Origin: Bacteroidales bacterium
GTDB lineage: Bacteria; Bacteroidota; Bacteroidia; Bacteroidales; Marinilabiliaceae
DNA: 64,000 bases
Direction: 5' to 3'
Assembly (NCBI GenBank): GCA_015061285.1
Contig: SUWW01000004.1
Location: forward strand, 341-64,340
Each line of letters starts with the position of its first letter. Within the stretch, counting starts at the first letter, position 1. The position numbers and the translations under genes are program-made. Under the pieces are notes generated by a model. It was not told the DNA's origin. It searched no databases and saw only the letters and a list, made by a program, of their open reading frames with translations. Below, in pieces: positions 50,539-59,775 of the stretch.

Positions 50539-53463
50539 CTATTCTTTCTCGCTTTCTAAATTTGCCTTATACTGAGCAAATAGTTCTTCGTCTTCAGGTG
50601 TAAGTACAACCTTGACAATGTCTGCAAGATTGAACTGAATGTACCAACAGCAAACGCTATCATCTATCTTGTCTACTCCAGTATTCTTGCTTGAATAGAC
50701 TACGTCATACTGGTTAAACCTATCTGGAAAAAGCTCGTAAGGACTGTCAGAATTAAGAGCAACAATCGCTTGACTTCCACTATAGTCTTGCGAAGCTCGC
50801 AGATAGAGGGCCTTGACCTGCTTAACCTCATACGGAAATACTCCATCGTTGTACGAACTCAAGTCGTAGTACTTGTCTGGATCTGCTTCATCGACAAGGA
50901 TGAAATTACCCATGATGTCTTTCGCAAGGTAAAGAGAACAAGTCGTTCGCTTTATTTCTCTTATCTCCTCTGTCTTAATGCCTGCAAGAATGTCGAACAA
51001 GAATCCTTGCTTGATAGGCAGGCGAAGGATGTCCTGTTCCGTATATGGCGCAGGAGGTGCAATCGTAATCTGTTTACGCGGAGCGCGTAACTTCTTGTTG
51101 CCGTTTATGGTGAAGATGCCTGCGTTAACCTTCTGCTGCACTACGAAGACTGGCCAATAGAACGGAGCATTGCGCCAGCCATTAGCTTCATCACCATTCT
51201 GACCAAGCAGCATAAGTACAGGTCTGTCTACTGCCTTATCACGTGATGGGGCAGTGTCGCTGTGACCATCGTCAGGAGAATCAATCCAACGTTTACCTTT
51301 CGTTGCTGATTCTTGGCGTTCACGGCTCATGTTACGACCTGTACGATGCAGGCAATAAATGAAACCATCTGAGCCAAACGTACAATGTTCGAGTGCGGTC
51401 AGCATCTCGTTCTTGTCCCAGAGGAAATCTACATTCTCGTATTCTTCGCCATAACGGAATGTACTGTCTATCAAATTGATGATTTCGACAGCCGTCTCGT
51501 ATGACATGAGGAAGAATTGCTCTTCATCGTTGACGTTGACGTAATCTGGACATGACTTGATGAGTCTCTCAATCTGCGAAACAGCATCAGATATTTCTTC
51601 AGATGTTCCTGTTTGAAAACCGACGGGGAGTATACGCTGCTTCGGTTTTATAACCTTTGTATTGGCAGGCGTGTACTTGTTAGCTGCACTTGGATTGATG
51701 CGATTATCATAACCAATCACCATGCTTGTGAAGTCATCTGTCTGAACGGTATCGCGATGGGCTTTCAGGTACTCATACATCATCGAATCGATGCTGTTGA
51801 TAGATTTGAGCACACTGTAAATGGCTTCTGTCGTAAAGAAACGAGTGCAGGCCATGTCTTCCTTGTCTCGTGCGCCATACATACGTGCATGTTGCAGAAC
51901 AGTGTCCATCTGGAACTTCTTGGGGTCACGTCCATAGAAGAAGCAGAGCATGTTGTCAATCGTGATGCCGCGATCGAGGATGTTGCCTCCTATGAAGAAA
52001 TTCATGGCCTGTTCAAGACGAAGTTGTCCTTTCTCGTTTAGCATGGTGGAAACTGGATTCTCAGAATTGACTACATTGATGGTGTAGTCATTGTACTCCA
52101 AGATACGCTTAACCTCTGCTTCAACTTCGGCAAACGTCGGGTACTTCTCACTGATGAGTTCATACTTGTTGCCAAGCTCGTTGCTCAACTTGAAACTCTC
52201 GTACGCATCTCTTTCCAAGTCAAGTATGTGGAGGTCTGAATTAGATTGATTCAAGAATGCATTCTTGATGTCATCTATTATCTCTGTGATGAGTTTTTCC
52301 TGCCAGGCATGATTCTTCTTTGAAATCTCGCAATGGATAAGACAGCTTGAATAGTATTTCTTGTTGGTCTTCTTCTTTACCTGTATACTACGAATAGCAG
52401 TAGCAAAGAGATAGCTGACAATTGCAAAGTTCAGTGAGTCAAGATTGTCAGAGTGTGCTTTCGATTGCAAATACCACTCATTTCTTGCCGATAGAACATC
52501 TATGCAGACCTCGTCTACAGGTTGGTAAAGACAGCTGTACATAGAATTCTCATCTTCGCTTAGTTCATAGTACTGACGACCGCCAATGTATCTGTTGTGA
52601 ATCGGTACGAGGCCAGTATAACGAGGCAACCAAGGTGATGCCTCTTCTCCATTACGTAGCTGTATCGTACCATCTGGTTGCAAATAGAGAGAATACGGTG
52701 TCGCTGTTATTTGCAAGTATCGACAGTATGTTGGCAGAGTGATGAACTTCTCAATGTGCTCTGCTATCTTCAACAGTGATAGTTCGCCCTTCCTCTTGTA
52801 ATAGTTACGGCTGGCAAAGTCTGCCTCATCATCGCAAACCAGAACTTTCTTACTACGAAGAAGTTCACTCTTCTCGAAAATCGCATTGAGATACGATAAG
52901 TTGGTATCCTCCTTTTTTACAACGATGATAAACTTGTTTGCTGGATTGTTGAGCTGATAATCGCTGAGACCACCGCGATGGCCAAGGTCAAGGATGTCCC
53001 AAACAGAAATAATAACTTTCTGGTTATAGGTCTGCTGATCCTTGAAGAAGCGGAAGTCATTGTTAAGTCGCTGTATGGTCTGCTTCGTCAACGTGTTAGT
53101 GCCTTTGGTCATAACCACTGCAACGTCAATTCCTCTATCGAAGCATAGCCCCATGATGCTAAGGAAGGTATCGGTCTTACCGCACTGCACTTTACCAAGC
53201 AAAAGGCAAGGTTGCTTAGCGGTTTCATCTTCCTTCATCAGCTGATCGACCATCTCGCGGACAACTTGTTCCTTCTCTTCCGTCATGAACTTGTTGTTCG
53301 CCTTCATCGTCCCAAAGATGTACTCGTCTTCAGGAATGGAATTCTCCATCTCAATGCGTTCCTTCTCATCCAGCACCCATTGTGGCACTGGCTTACCTTT
53401 CGCTTCGAGGAAGTCTATATAGTCGTTGACTTCGTCTTTATTTGCAAATCGCTGTGTCTCCAT
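50539..53463 (-). CDS. Z1-domain SF2 helicase-like protein with C-terminal ASCH/PUA-like extension
   Basis: LLLGKVQCGKT (Walker A), VCDDEADFAS, QITATPYS. Z1 core GGNILDRGITIDNM..LQHARMYGAR. C-terminal LPIKQGFLFDILAGIKTEEIREIK. Confidence 0.7.
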   Translation of the reverse strand: METQRFANKDEVNDYIDFLEAKGKPVPQWVLDEKERIEMENSIPEDEYIFGTMKANNKFMTEEKEQVVREMVDQLMKEDETAKQPCLLLGKVQCGKTDTFLSIMGLCFDRGIDVAVVMTKGTNTLTKQTIQRLNNDFRFFKDQQTYNQKVIISVWDILDLGHRGGLSDYQLNNPANKFIIVVKKEDTNLSYLNAIFEKSELLRSKKVLVCDDEADFASRNYYKRKGELSLLKIAEHIEKFITLPTYCRYLQITATPYSLYLQPDGTIQLRNGEEASPWLPRYTGLVPIHNRYIGGRQYYELSEDENSMYSCLYQPVDEVCIDVLSARNEWYLQSKAHSDNLDSLNFAIVSYLFATAIRSIQVKKKTNKKYYSSCLIHCEISKKNHAWQEKLITEIIDDIKNAFLNQSNSDLHILDLERDAYESFKLSNELGNKYELISEKYPTFAEVEAEVKRILEYNDYTINVVNSENPVSTMLNEKGQLRLEQAMNFFIGGNILDRGITIDNMLCFFYGRDPKKFQMDTVLQHARMYGARDKEDMACTRFFTTEAIYSVLKSINSIDSMMYEYLKAHRDTVQTDDFTSMVIGYDNRINPSAANKYTPANTKVIKPKQRILPVGFQTGTSEEISDAVSQIERLIKSCPDYVNVNDEEQFFLMSYETAVEIINLIDSTFRYGEEYENVDFLWDKNEMLTALEHCTFGSDGFIYCLHRTGRNMSRERQESATKGKRWIDSPDDGHSDTAPSRDKAVDRPVLMLLGQNGDEANGWRNAPFYWPVFVVQQKVNAGIFTINGNKKLRAPRKQITIAPPAPYTEQDILRLPIKQGFLFDILAGIKTEEIREIKRTTCSLYLAKDIMGNFILVDEADPDKYYDLSSYNDGVFPYEVKQVKALYLRASQDYSGSQAIVALNSDSPYELFPDRFNQYDVVYSSKNTGVDKIDDSVCCWYIQFNLADIVKVVLTPEDEELFAQYKANLESEKE

Positions 53464-53482
53464 AGTTGGAATGTTTGTTCTG

Positions 53483-54088
53483 TTAGCTTATAAATTCAAA
53501 ATAAGGATAAGTTTCAATATTGTCCAACTCGCTGTAAGTCGGATTATTGACAAGAAAGGCTTTCTTGTAGAATGAGAGGCTAAAATCTGAGAGGCCAGAC
53601 AGTCTGCAAGCTTTATATATGCCTGTTTCAGGACGTGTTATAAGGCCAGCCTCAACCAACATCTTTATGGCACTATTGAAACCAATAGTACTATCGACAC
53701 TTGAGCCGTACTTCTCGCTAAGTTTCGCTATTATAAGACTTGTTGGTACTTCGTCTTGTACGTGAAAATGTTTTCCAAGCAGTGTCACAAGGTCATAGAA
53801 TAGCGGATATGCAGCGCACATAAGAGCAGTATATACTGCGGTTTTGTTAGTCCCTTGAATGCTATTGGCAAGAAACTCGTGTGAATGCTCTTTTATGAAA
53901 GGTAATAGCTGATTATTTACGGTCATGCGTCGAATTGTTCTATTCACCTTCTCTGTGCGGCTTTTGCCACTTGTTTCCAAAGCGACAAGTTCGAGTATGT
54001 AATCTTTAGTACACGATCCGTTGAGTATTGCCGACATGGCAAGACTCAACGAACCTAACGATGCTGATGCCTTTACTCCTATCGCCAT
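53483..54088 (-). CDS. BrxA-like (DUF1819-like) small helical protein, tentative
   Basis: 201 aa. Start shares one nt with the PglZ stop codon. Position after pglZ as in type 3 BREX. Sequence resemblance is only loosely recalled. Confidence 0.3.
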   Translation of the reverse strand: MAIGVKASASLGSLSLAMSAILNGSCTKDYILELVALETSGKSRTEKVNRTIRRMTVNNQLLPFIKEHSHEFLANSIQGTNKTAVYTALMCAAYPLFYDLVTLLGKHFHVQDEVPTSLIIAKLSEKYGSSVDSTIGFNSAIKMLVEAGLITRPETGIYKACRLSGLSDFSLSFYKKAFLVNNPTYSELDNIETYPYFEFIS

Positions 54089-55548
54089 TATAGTCTCCCT
54101 ATCTTTATCAATGGTACAATCATTTCGAGAAAATGACTACCACCATGTGTTAACATTGTTGTTCTGTCATTGACAAAACAATGGTTGTCGCGTATTGACA
54201 TCCAATTGTCATGCTTTATCATACGTATATCTTGATTCTCTTGGAAGAAACGCTCCTGTTCTTCCTTGTTGTTATATATGAGATGCCTAGCTCCACGACT
54301 CCCGTCTTTATATAAGAATACTTTCTCAACCTGGCTCAGTGTTCGCCATCCGTATGAAAGCACACTACCATGGTCTGACGTCAGATATAGTTTATAGCCA
54401 GCATTCACAATAGTTATAATCTGCTCTACAATTCTTGGACACCAGTTCTCTGTCAATGAATACAAGTCTTTGTAGTCAGACGACGAATGCATCTTCTCGT
54501 CCATCTTGACGGTCACCACTGCCAGACATTTTATGCCCTCGTTTATGGCAAACTCATCTTTGTCGCTAATATATTGAACATCATAACTTCCTAAGCCTTG
54601 TGAGCGCCAGAAGTCCACCCAGAGTTTCTTTTCATTCTCTGGACTTTGTTTGTAGTCTTGTTGTGGAACAGCTCCGCGGAAAATGGCTTGCCTTGATAAC
54701 ATCGTGATGCTCGGCATCCAAGCCAATGTGCAACCGTCTTCTATGTTGATTGTCTCTCTGCCCAAGTATTCCTTCAGTATGACGTATTGCCAGTATGCAA
54801 AGCCATCAACAACAAGTAAGGCGATCTTTTCGTCTCCTTCTCTGTTTGCTGCTATGTGTGGAAGTATCTTATTAACGCTCTTGGCTTTTAGCAGCGCATT
54901 ACTCTGAAGTGTCGCAAAGTATTCTTTGTCTACCCAATTTTGGAAAGACTCATTTATCTCGTCAATCTTATTTTCTATGCCTTCGTAGACACCTTCTTTG
55001 ATTGCTTTAGCCAGAACCTGTGAAACTAAAGAGATAGTAGTTGCCTTATTCCAATCTAATTCAATGTCAGCAAGTTGCTTCGCCAAATAATCTGCCGATT
55101 TGCGTTTCTTGTCTGCAAGATCTTTGGCAATTGCTTGAACGAGTAGTGTACATTCCTGTAAACTGACCTTTCTGATGTCTATTTGACTGTGTAGTATATC
55201 AAGGACTTCAAATGGTTGCTTTTTCAGTAGGGCTTTGTCTGCAAACAACGGGAAGACATCACTGATGGAAAAATCTACTACGTGTGCACTCCGCTTCATG
55301 TCAGCAAGTATTGTGTCTTTCGATTTGCAGATATATACGTAGCGTCTCCCAGTAGAAACTTTATAGTGCAATTCGTAGTGTATGCGCAGTTGCAGATTAC
55401 TGCCGACAACGACTTCTATGCCACAATCCTGAAGTAAAAGTGCGCGCACCACATCTTGTGAGAGAAATCCGTCGGGATTCTCCACAATGCTCAGATTGCA
55501 GTAGTCTACCGTAATCCGTTGTGCTACTTTCTTTATCAGATCGCTCAT
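54088..55548 (-). CDS. pglZ: PglZ-domain alkaline-phosphatase-superfamily protein (short form, 486 aa)
   Basis: ALLVVDGFAYWQ, MPSITMLSRQAIFRG, LTSDHGS and THGGSHFLEMIVP motifs. Confidence 0.8.
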   Translation of the reverse strand: MSDLIKKVAQRITVDYCNLSIVENPDGFLSQDVVRALLLQDCGIEVVVGSNLQLRIHYELHYKVSTGRRYVYICKSKDTILADMKRSAHVVDFSISDVFPLFADKALLKKQPFEVLDILHSQIDIRKVSLQECTLLVQAIAKDLADKKRKSADYLAKQLADIELDWNKATTISLVSQVLAKAIKEGVYEGIENKIDEINESFQNWVDKEYFATLQSNALLKAKSVNKILPHIAANREGDEKIALLVVDGFAYWQYVILKEYLGRETINIEDGCTLAWMPSITMLSRQAIFRGAVPQQDYKQSPENEKKLWVDFWRSQGLGSYDVQYISDKDEFAINEGIKCLAVVTVKMDEKMHSSSDYKDLYSLTENWCPRIVEQIITIVNAGYKLYLTSDHGSVLSYGWRTLSQVEKVFLYKDGSRGARHLIYNNKEEQERFFQENQDIRMIKHDNWMSIRDNHCFVNDRTTMLTHGGSHFLEMIVPLIKIGRL

Positions 55549-56024
55549 CAGTCCTTGAATTGTTTCTCTATTTCAAGGCGTCGTTCACGTCCATTATTGA
55601 TGGCCACCTTTACCCATTCCTCGTATTCTGTTCCGTCTATAAGGCTTTGTATTATGGCCGTCAGCACTTCTTTCTCTAAGCAACCTGCAGCAAGGTCAAG
55701 CACCAGTTCTTCGGTGTCCTTCATGAAACTTTGGGCTGCCAGCAAGTAACCATTTTGCAGTAGGAAGTACATCGTCAGTGTGATTGATATGCGCTTGTTG
55801 CAGTCCTCAAAGTAGTGACCTCTGCATAGGCTAAACATCATATATGCAGCTTTGTCAGCAATTTCAGGATAGTACACGTCGTTTTGCACCATATCCAATA
55901 CTAATTGTATGCCTCCAACGTCACGCACTCCTGCTAAGCCTCCACCACTCTTTTCTACTGTTTTCGCGTAGATTTTGAGAGCCTGCTCATAGTCTATGTA
56001 TTCTATTCCCATGGCGGTTCTCAT
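55548..56024 (-). CDS. doc: Doc/Fic-family death-on-curing toxin
   Basis: Fic/Doc motif HYFEDCNKR (HxFxD[GAC]NKR). 158 aa. Confidence 0.8.
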   Translation of the reverse strand: MRTAMGIEYIDYEQALKIYAKTVEKSGGGLAGVRDVGGIQLVLDMVQNDVYYPEIADKAAYMMFSLCRGHYFEDCNKRISITLTMYFLLQNGYLLAAQSFMKDTEELVLDLAAGCLEKEVLTAIIQSLIDGTEYEEWVKVAINNGRERRLEIEKQFKD

Positions 56025-57029
56025 TTATTGCTTCAAGTGGTCAAGCACGTCTTTATTCTCTTCGAGCAGTCTGTCGAAGTCGTTCGACGTATCACCTAAG
56101 AATTTCTGATACTCTTCTGGCATAACAGCACGTATATAGGCTGCCAAATTACCATGATATACGTTTCTAAGCGCATTATCACGCGATGCCATCTTGACGC
56201 GAGCATCCTCGACAATAGGCTTTCCAAACGGCATGGCGGCCAACTGCTCTACTATTTCGCCTACTTGTGCTATGCTCAATGACCTCCCCAACTCTTGGGC
56301 ACGACGTGTAATTTCATCGGCTGCACCATTCTCGAAAGCAGAAACAGCTGTGAGAACCTCTGAGTAAAGCGTGTGCCTAATATTGTCCTTCTTGGTTAAG
56401 GCGAGCAGTTGTTTATACTCCTTGGCTTTCTCGCAGAATACAGCTTTGTATATCAAGTCTGTTACTTGAGCATACTTAAATGTCTTATGGCCTTCGACGT
56501 ATTTGTTGATGGCATCAGTAAGATTCTTGTGGTAATTTTCTTCTATTATAGCAGAAGCAAGATAACCACTGTCACGTCGATTTATATACTTTGTGTTACC
56601 TCCTGTCTTTTCGTAGATGGAATACAGGACTATGTCGAGTATCTTGCTGCGCAACATCTTGGCCTTTTCGCTGTCGGTAAGTAGCATACCTACATTGAGA
56701 AAAGCTCTAAAATCGAAGAGTCCTAACAGAGTAGTTTTGGTAGCGACATCGATGTCGCTACCAAAACGTAACTTAAACTCTTTCAATGCGTTACCCTTAC
56801 ATAAAAAGTAACCATTGCTCATTATTTCCTCTTCGTTAGCCTTGATGCACCTGTCTATTGTGCGCACATCGACCTCATAAAAATCGGCCACTTGTTGCCT
56901 GGTTATCACATACTTCCCCTGAAACTCATAGAACTTTACATCCAGAGATTCCTGTATCTTGGGTAGGGCAATGGCGTTGTTCAATATGTTTTGTCTGTCT
57001 ATAGCAGACGTAGTCAAATCCTTTGTCAT
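56025..57029 (-). CDS. ORF6N/KilA-N-like DNA-binding N-domain protein, putative partner of Doc
   Basis: N-terminal FQGKYVITRQQVADFYEVDVRTIDRCIKANEEE resembles ORF6N-type domains. Its stop abuts the doc ATG. Confidence 0.45.
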   Translation of the reverse strand: MTKDLTTSAIDRQNILNNAIALPKIQESLDVKFYEFQGKYVITRQQVADFYEVDVRTIDRCIKANEEEIMSNGYFLCKGNALKEFKLRFGSDIDVATKTTLLGLFDFRAFLNVGMLLTDSEKAKMLRSKILDIVLYSIYEKTGGNTKYINRRDSGYLASAIIEENYHKNLTDAINKYVEGHKTFKYAQVTDLIYKAVFCEKAKEYKQLLALTKKDNIRHTLYSEVLTAVSAFENGAADEITRRAQELGRSLSIAQVGEIVEQLAAMPFGKPIVEDARVKMASRDNALRNVYHGNLAAYIRAVMPEEYQKFLGDTSNDFDRLLEENKDVLDHLKQ

Positions 57030-57048
57030 ATCTAATGCTTTCGGCCTA

Positions 57049-59769
57049 TTATATCTTATTCATCGCTATATCGTAGAGCATGAGCAGCACCTCATCCTCA
57101 TCTCGGAGGTTCTGCGGTATCTTATCGCCTACGGCAACTATCGTCTGAAAGTCGTGGTCGCTGTAGCACTGTTGGAAGCCTGCTCGTAGAGCCTCTACGC
57201 GAGCCTCTTTTATTCGGCCTTTCTTGTTTGCTGCTTCTACGTACACCTTGAACTCTCGGAGCAGAGCTTTGTTGCGTAGGACTTCCTTATCAACGTTATC
57301 GTGAACATCTGGCAAGCGCCACTTGCCATCTTCCATCTCTATGAAGTTTTCTTCGAGTATGGTCTTCAGCTCTGGCAGAATATCTCCCTTGCGGGTTGCT
57401 ACGAGGGCTTTCATCCACTTGGGCTGCAACTCCTGATAGGTCTGCGCTCCATTGACTTTGAGCTCGTTCTTTAGCCAATTGATGCCTTCCTCCTCACTGC
57501 CGATAAACAGAGCCAATACGGCCATTCCGTCTGTATTCTTCTTCTTTTCTTCGTATTCCGCTGCTTGCGCAGCAGTGAAGAACATACCGTCCCGCTCGAT
57601 GTAGCGTTCACGCAGGCCTTTTTGAAATTCCTGTGCATCCATTGGCACTGGCATACCATGCACCACATAGTAACTAATTAGGCGGTCGTATAATATCTTC
57701 GGACTGCGCTCGACCACAGTAGTTGTCTTATTTTCTCTTTCTATATGGATGGCCAGATGCTCCAAATGTTGCTGAATGAAATCCCATACTACATCAGGCC
57801 TGTTCATCTGTATCTCAAATTGCGCAGACAACTCTTCTGATGGCTTATAGCAAGTGATAACAAGGTCTTGCTTCACGGCTGTTGTGGTTGTTACCGCGTT
57901 GAATGAGCCTTGTCTTTTATCAAGAGCTGATACGTTGGCAACTATAAATCCTGCGTATTGCAAAGCCGACTGTATTGAATTCCATACAATGGCATTTGTG
58001 TTACTAAACTCAACTGTCATCCATTTGCCAGGTTTCAGTACTCTCCAATACTCATAGAAACACTGACTGATAGTTTCACGATAATGCCGTGCATCTTTAC
58101 CTTGTGCAGGATTTTCAATGGCTTCGTGGCTATTGTTTGTTACTACTCGCAGCCACGGCTCGGGAAGTGAGTTTAGCTCTGAATAATAGATATTTGCGCC
58201 GAATGGCGGGTCTGTAAATATATAGTCAACGCTGTCGTCGGACAACTGAAGTGAATCGGCAGAGCCAACATAAAGTGCATTTGGACGCTCCTTTGCAAGA
58301 AATTCTGCGGTACGTACCATAGCGCTGTATTTATCACCTATTTGCTCCAATACAGAAGTTTCGGTGGGTGCATTCGGCACATAAAGCGTTCCTTTCAAAA
58401 ATCCAGCATTCCAACCGCCACCACCATTGAAATAGTAATTTATATGCACACGGTTCATACACGTCGAACGGTTAATCATTGCCGTGAACATAAAACGTAA
58501 TGCGTGTGGCATCTTTGACTTTTCAATTTTATCGTAGAGTTTAGCTAGGACTATAAGGTTACGCTTTGTGTAGAATTGGTGGGCATAATAGATTCCCCTA
58601 TCGGTGTTTCTTTGCGTCTCTTGTCCCTCTGGTAGAGTGTAGGTTGGGTAGAAAATATCAATTTTAGTTTCTTCGATACGTTTCAGTACGTCAAAGTCGA
58701 AATCGGTGGGAGTTCTCTGAATCTTTTCTTTTCCAGCCTTGCCAACTACTATCACAGGCACCTGCTTCACTCTTTGTGTAGTTTTCTGCAAAGCATCATC
58801 AAAATATGTCTCTATGGCAGCTCTTGCAGTTTTCTTAGACTGCATAGCATTACAATGAGGACATACAAACTCATCAAGCATACATTTGTGCTCATGATCT
58901 ACAGCTTGATGCCAAAACACATACTCCTTCCCACATTCAGGACAAATAAAGATGTCACTCCACACTACAAAACTAATCTTCCCATTGGGTTCTCCTTTGC
59001 TATTCGTTGTAGTGTACATCCATCCGCATTCATCCTCCATCTCTTTCTGAATACGCTCAACCTCAGCTTTGAGTAGCGAAACATTTACTGGTGTGTTGTA
59101 AAAATAAGCGATATTGGTGGCATAGGGCGAGAGGTCGCCAATAATAGCATGGCGTGTTCCCCAAATGGGCTTGCGTCCGAACTGTTTTTCCCACTCAATA
59201 TTGATGCGCTTAGCTATTTCATCATTTTCATTGGAGCAAGCTGCTGCGGCAACACCAGTCATTCCTGTGCCTGCAAAGCCATCAAGCACAATGTCTCCAG
59301 GTTGAGTATACTGTAGTATATAACGCATTATGGCAGGGTGCGGCACCTTGGTATGGTACGTGTGGGCGGTATATACAGGATTGTTTTTCCCCTCGCTTAC
59401 ATCACTTGCATACGGTTCTTTCACCTCAAAATCGGCCTTGCGTTTGCCCTCGGCTTCAAGTTGTTTTTTTTCCTCTTCCCATTGTGCAATAAAGTCGTTC
59501 AGCCATGGGTTAGGGCAGGCCGTGTAGTATGGCGGGTCGGAGAGATTTATTATGTCGTCATCGTTGCCAATAGGGAATCCTTCTATCTTCCGCAACTCTG
59601 GCAATTTCTTGCGCAGCTCATCGCGAAAGTATTCTCGGCGTGCATCATCGTTTGGGAATGTATGGCCAAGACAAGTTACTTCGGCATTGTTGAGAAGTGA
59701 ATTGTCAACCAACTTGTCAAGTTCCTCGGTAGAGAACAGCGAGTTGTTATTGCTATCTTGTTTTGCCAT
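57049..59769 (-). CDS. adenine-specific DNA methyltransferase with inserted Zn-ribbon (PglXI-like)
   Basis: SAM motif VLDGFAGTGMTG preceded by HTKVPHPAIMRYIL. CPECG..CPHC zinc ribbon. FTDPPFGANIYY catalytic-type motif, plus an N-terminal SDPPYY. Confidence 0.75.
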   Translation of the reverse strand: MAKQDSNNNSLFSTEELDKLVDNSLLNNAEVTCLGHTFPNDDARREYFRDELRKKLPELRKIEGFPIGNDDDIINLSDPPYYTACPNPWLNDFIAQWEEEKKQLEAEGKRKADFEVKEPYASDVSEGKNNPVYTAHTYHTKVPHPAIMRYILQYTQPGDIVLDGFAGTGMTGVAAAACSNENDEIAKRINIEWEKQFGRKPIWGTRHAIIGDLSPYATNIAYFYNTPVNVSLLKAEVERIQKEMEDECGWMYTTTNSKGEPNGKISFVVWSDIFICPECGKEYVFWHQAVDHEHKCMLDEFVCPHCNAMQSKKTARAAIETYFDDALQKTTQRVKQVPVIVVGKAGKEKIQRTPTDFDFDVLKRIEETKIDIFYPTYTLPEGQETQRNTDRGIYYAHQFYTKRNLIVLAKLYDKIEKSKMPHALRFMFTAMINRSTCMNRVHINYYFNGGGGWNAGFLKGTLYVPNAPTETSVLEQIGDKYSAMVRTAEFLAKERPNALYVGSADSLQLSDDSVDYIFTDPPFGANIYYSELNSLPEPWLRVVTNNSHEAIENPAQGKDARHYRETISQCFYEYWRVLKPGKWMTVEFSNTNAIVWNSIQSALQYAGFIVANVSALDKRQGSFNAVTTTTAVKQDLVITCYKPSEELSAQFEIQMNRPDVVWDFIQQHLEHLAIHIERENKTTTVVERSPKILYDRLISYYVVHGMPVPMDAQEFQKGLRERYIERDGMFFTAAQAAEYEEKKKNTDGMAVLALFIGSEEEGINWLKNELKVNGAQTYQELQPKWMKALVATRKGDILPELKTILEENFIEMEDGKWRLPDVHDNVDKEVLRNKALLREFKVYVEAANKKGRIKEARVEALRAGFQQCYSDHDFQTIVAVGDKIPQNLRDEDEVLLMLYDIAMNKI

Positions 59770-59775
59770 AGTTAT

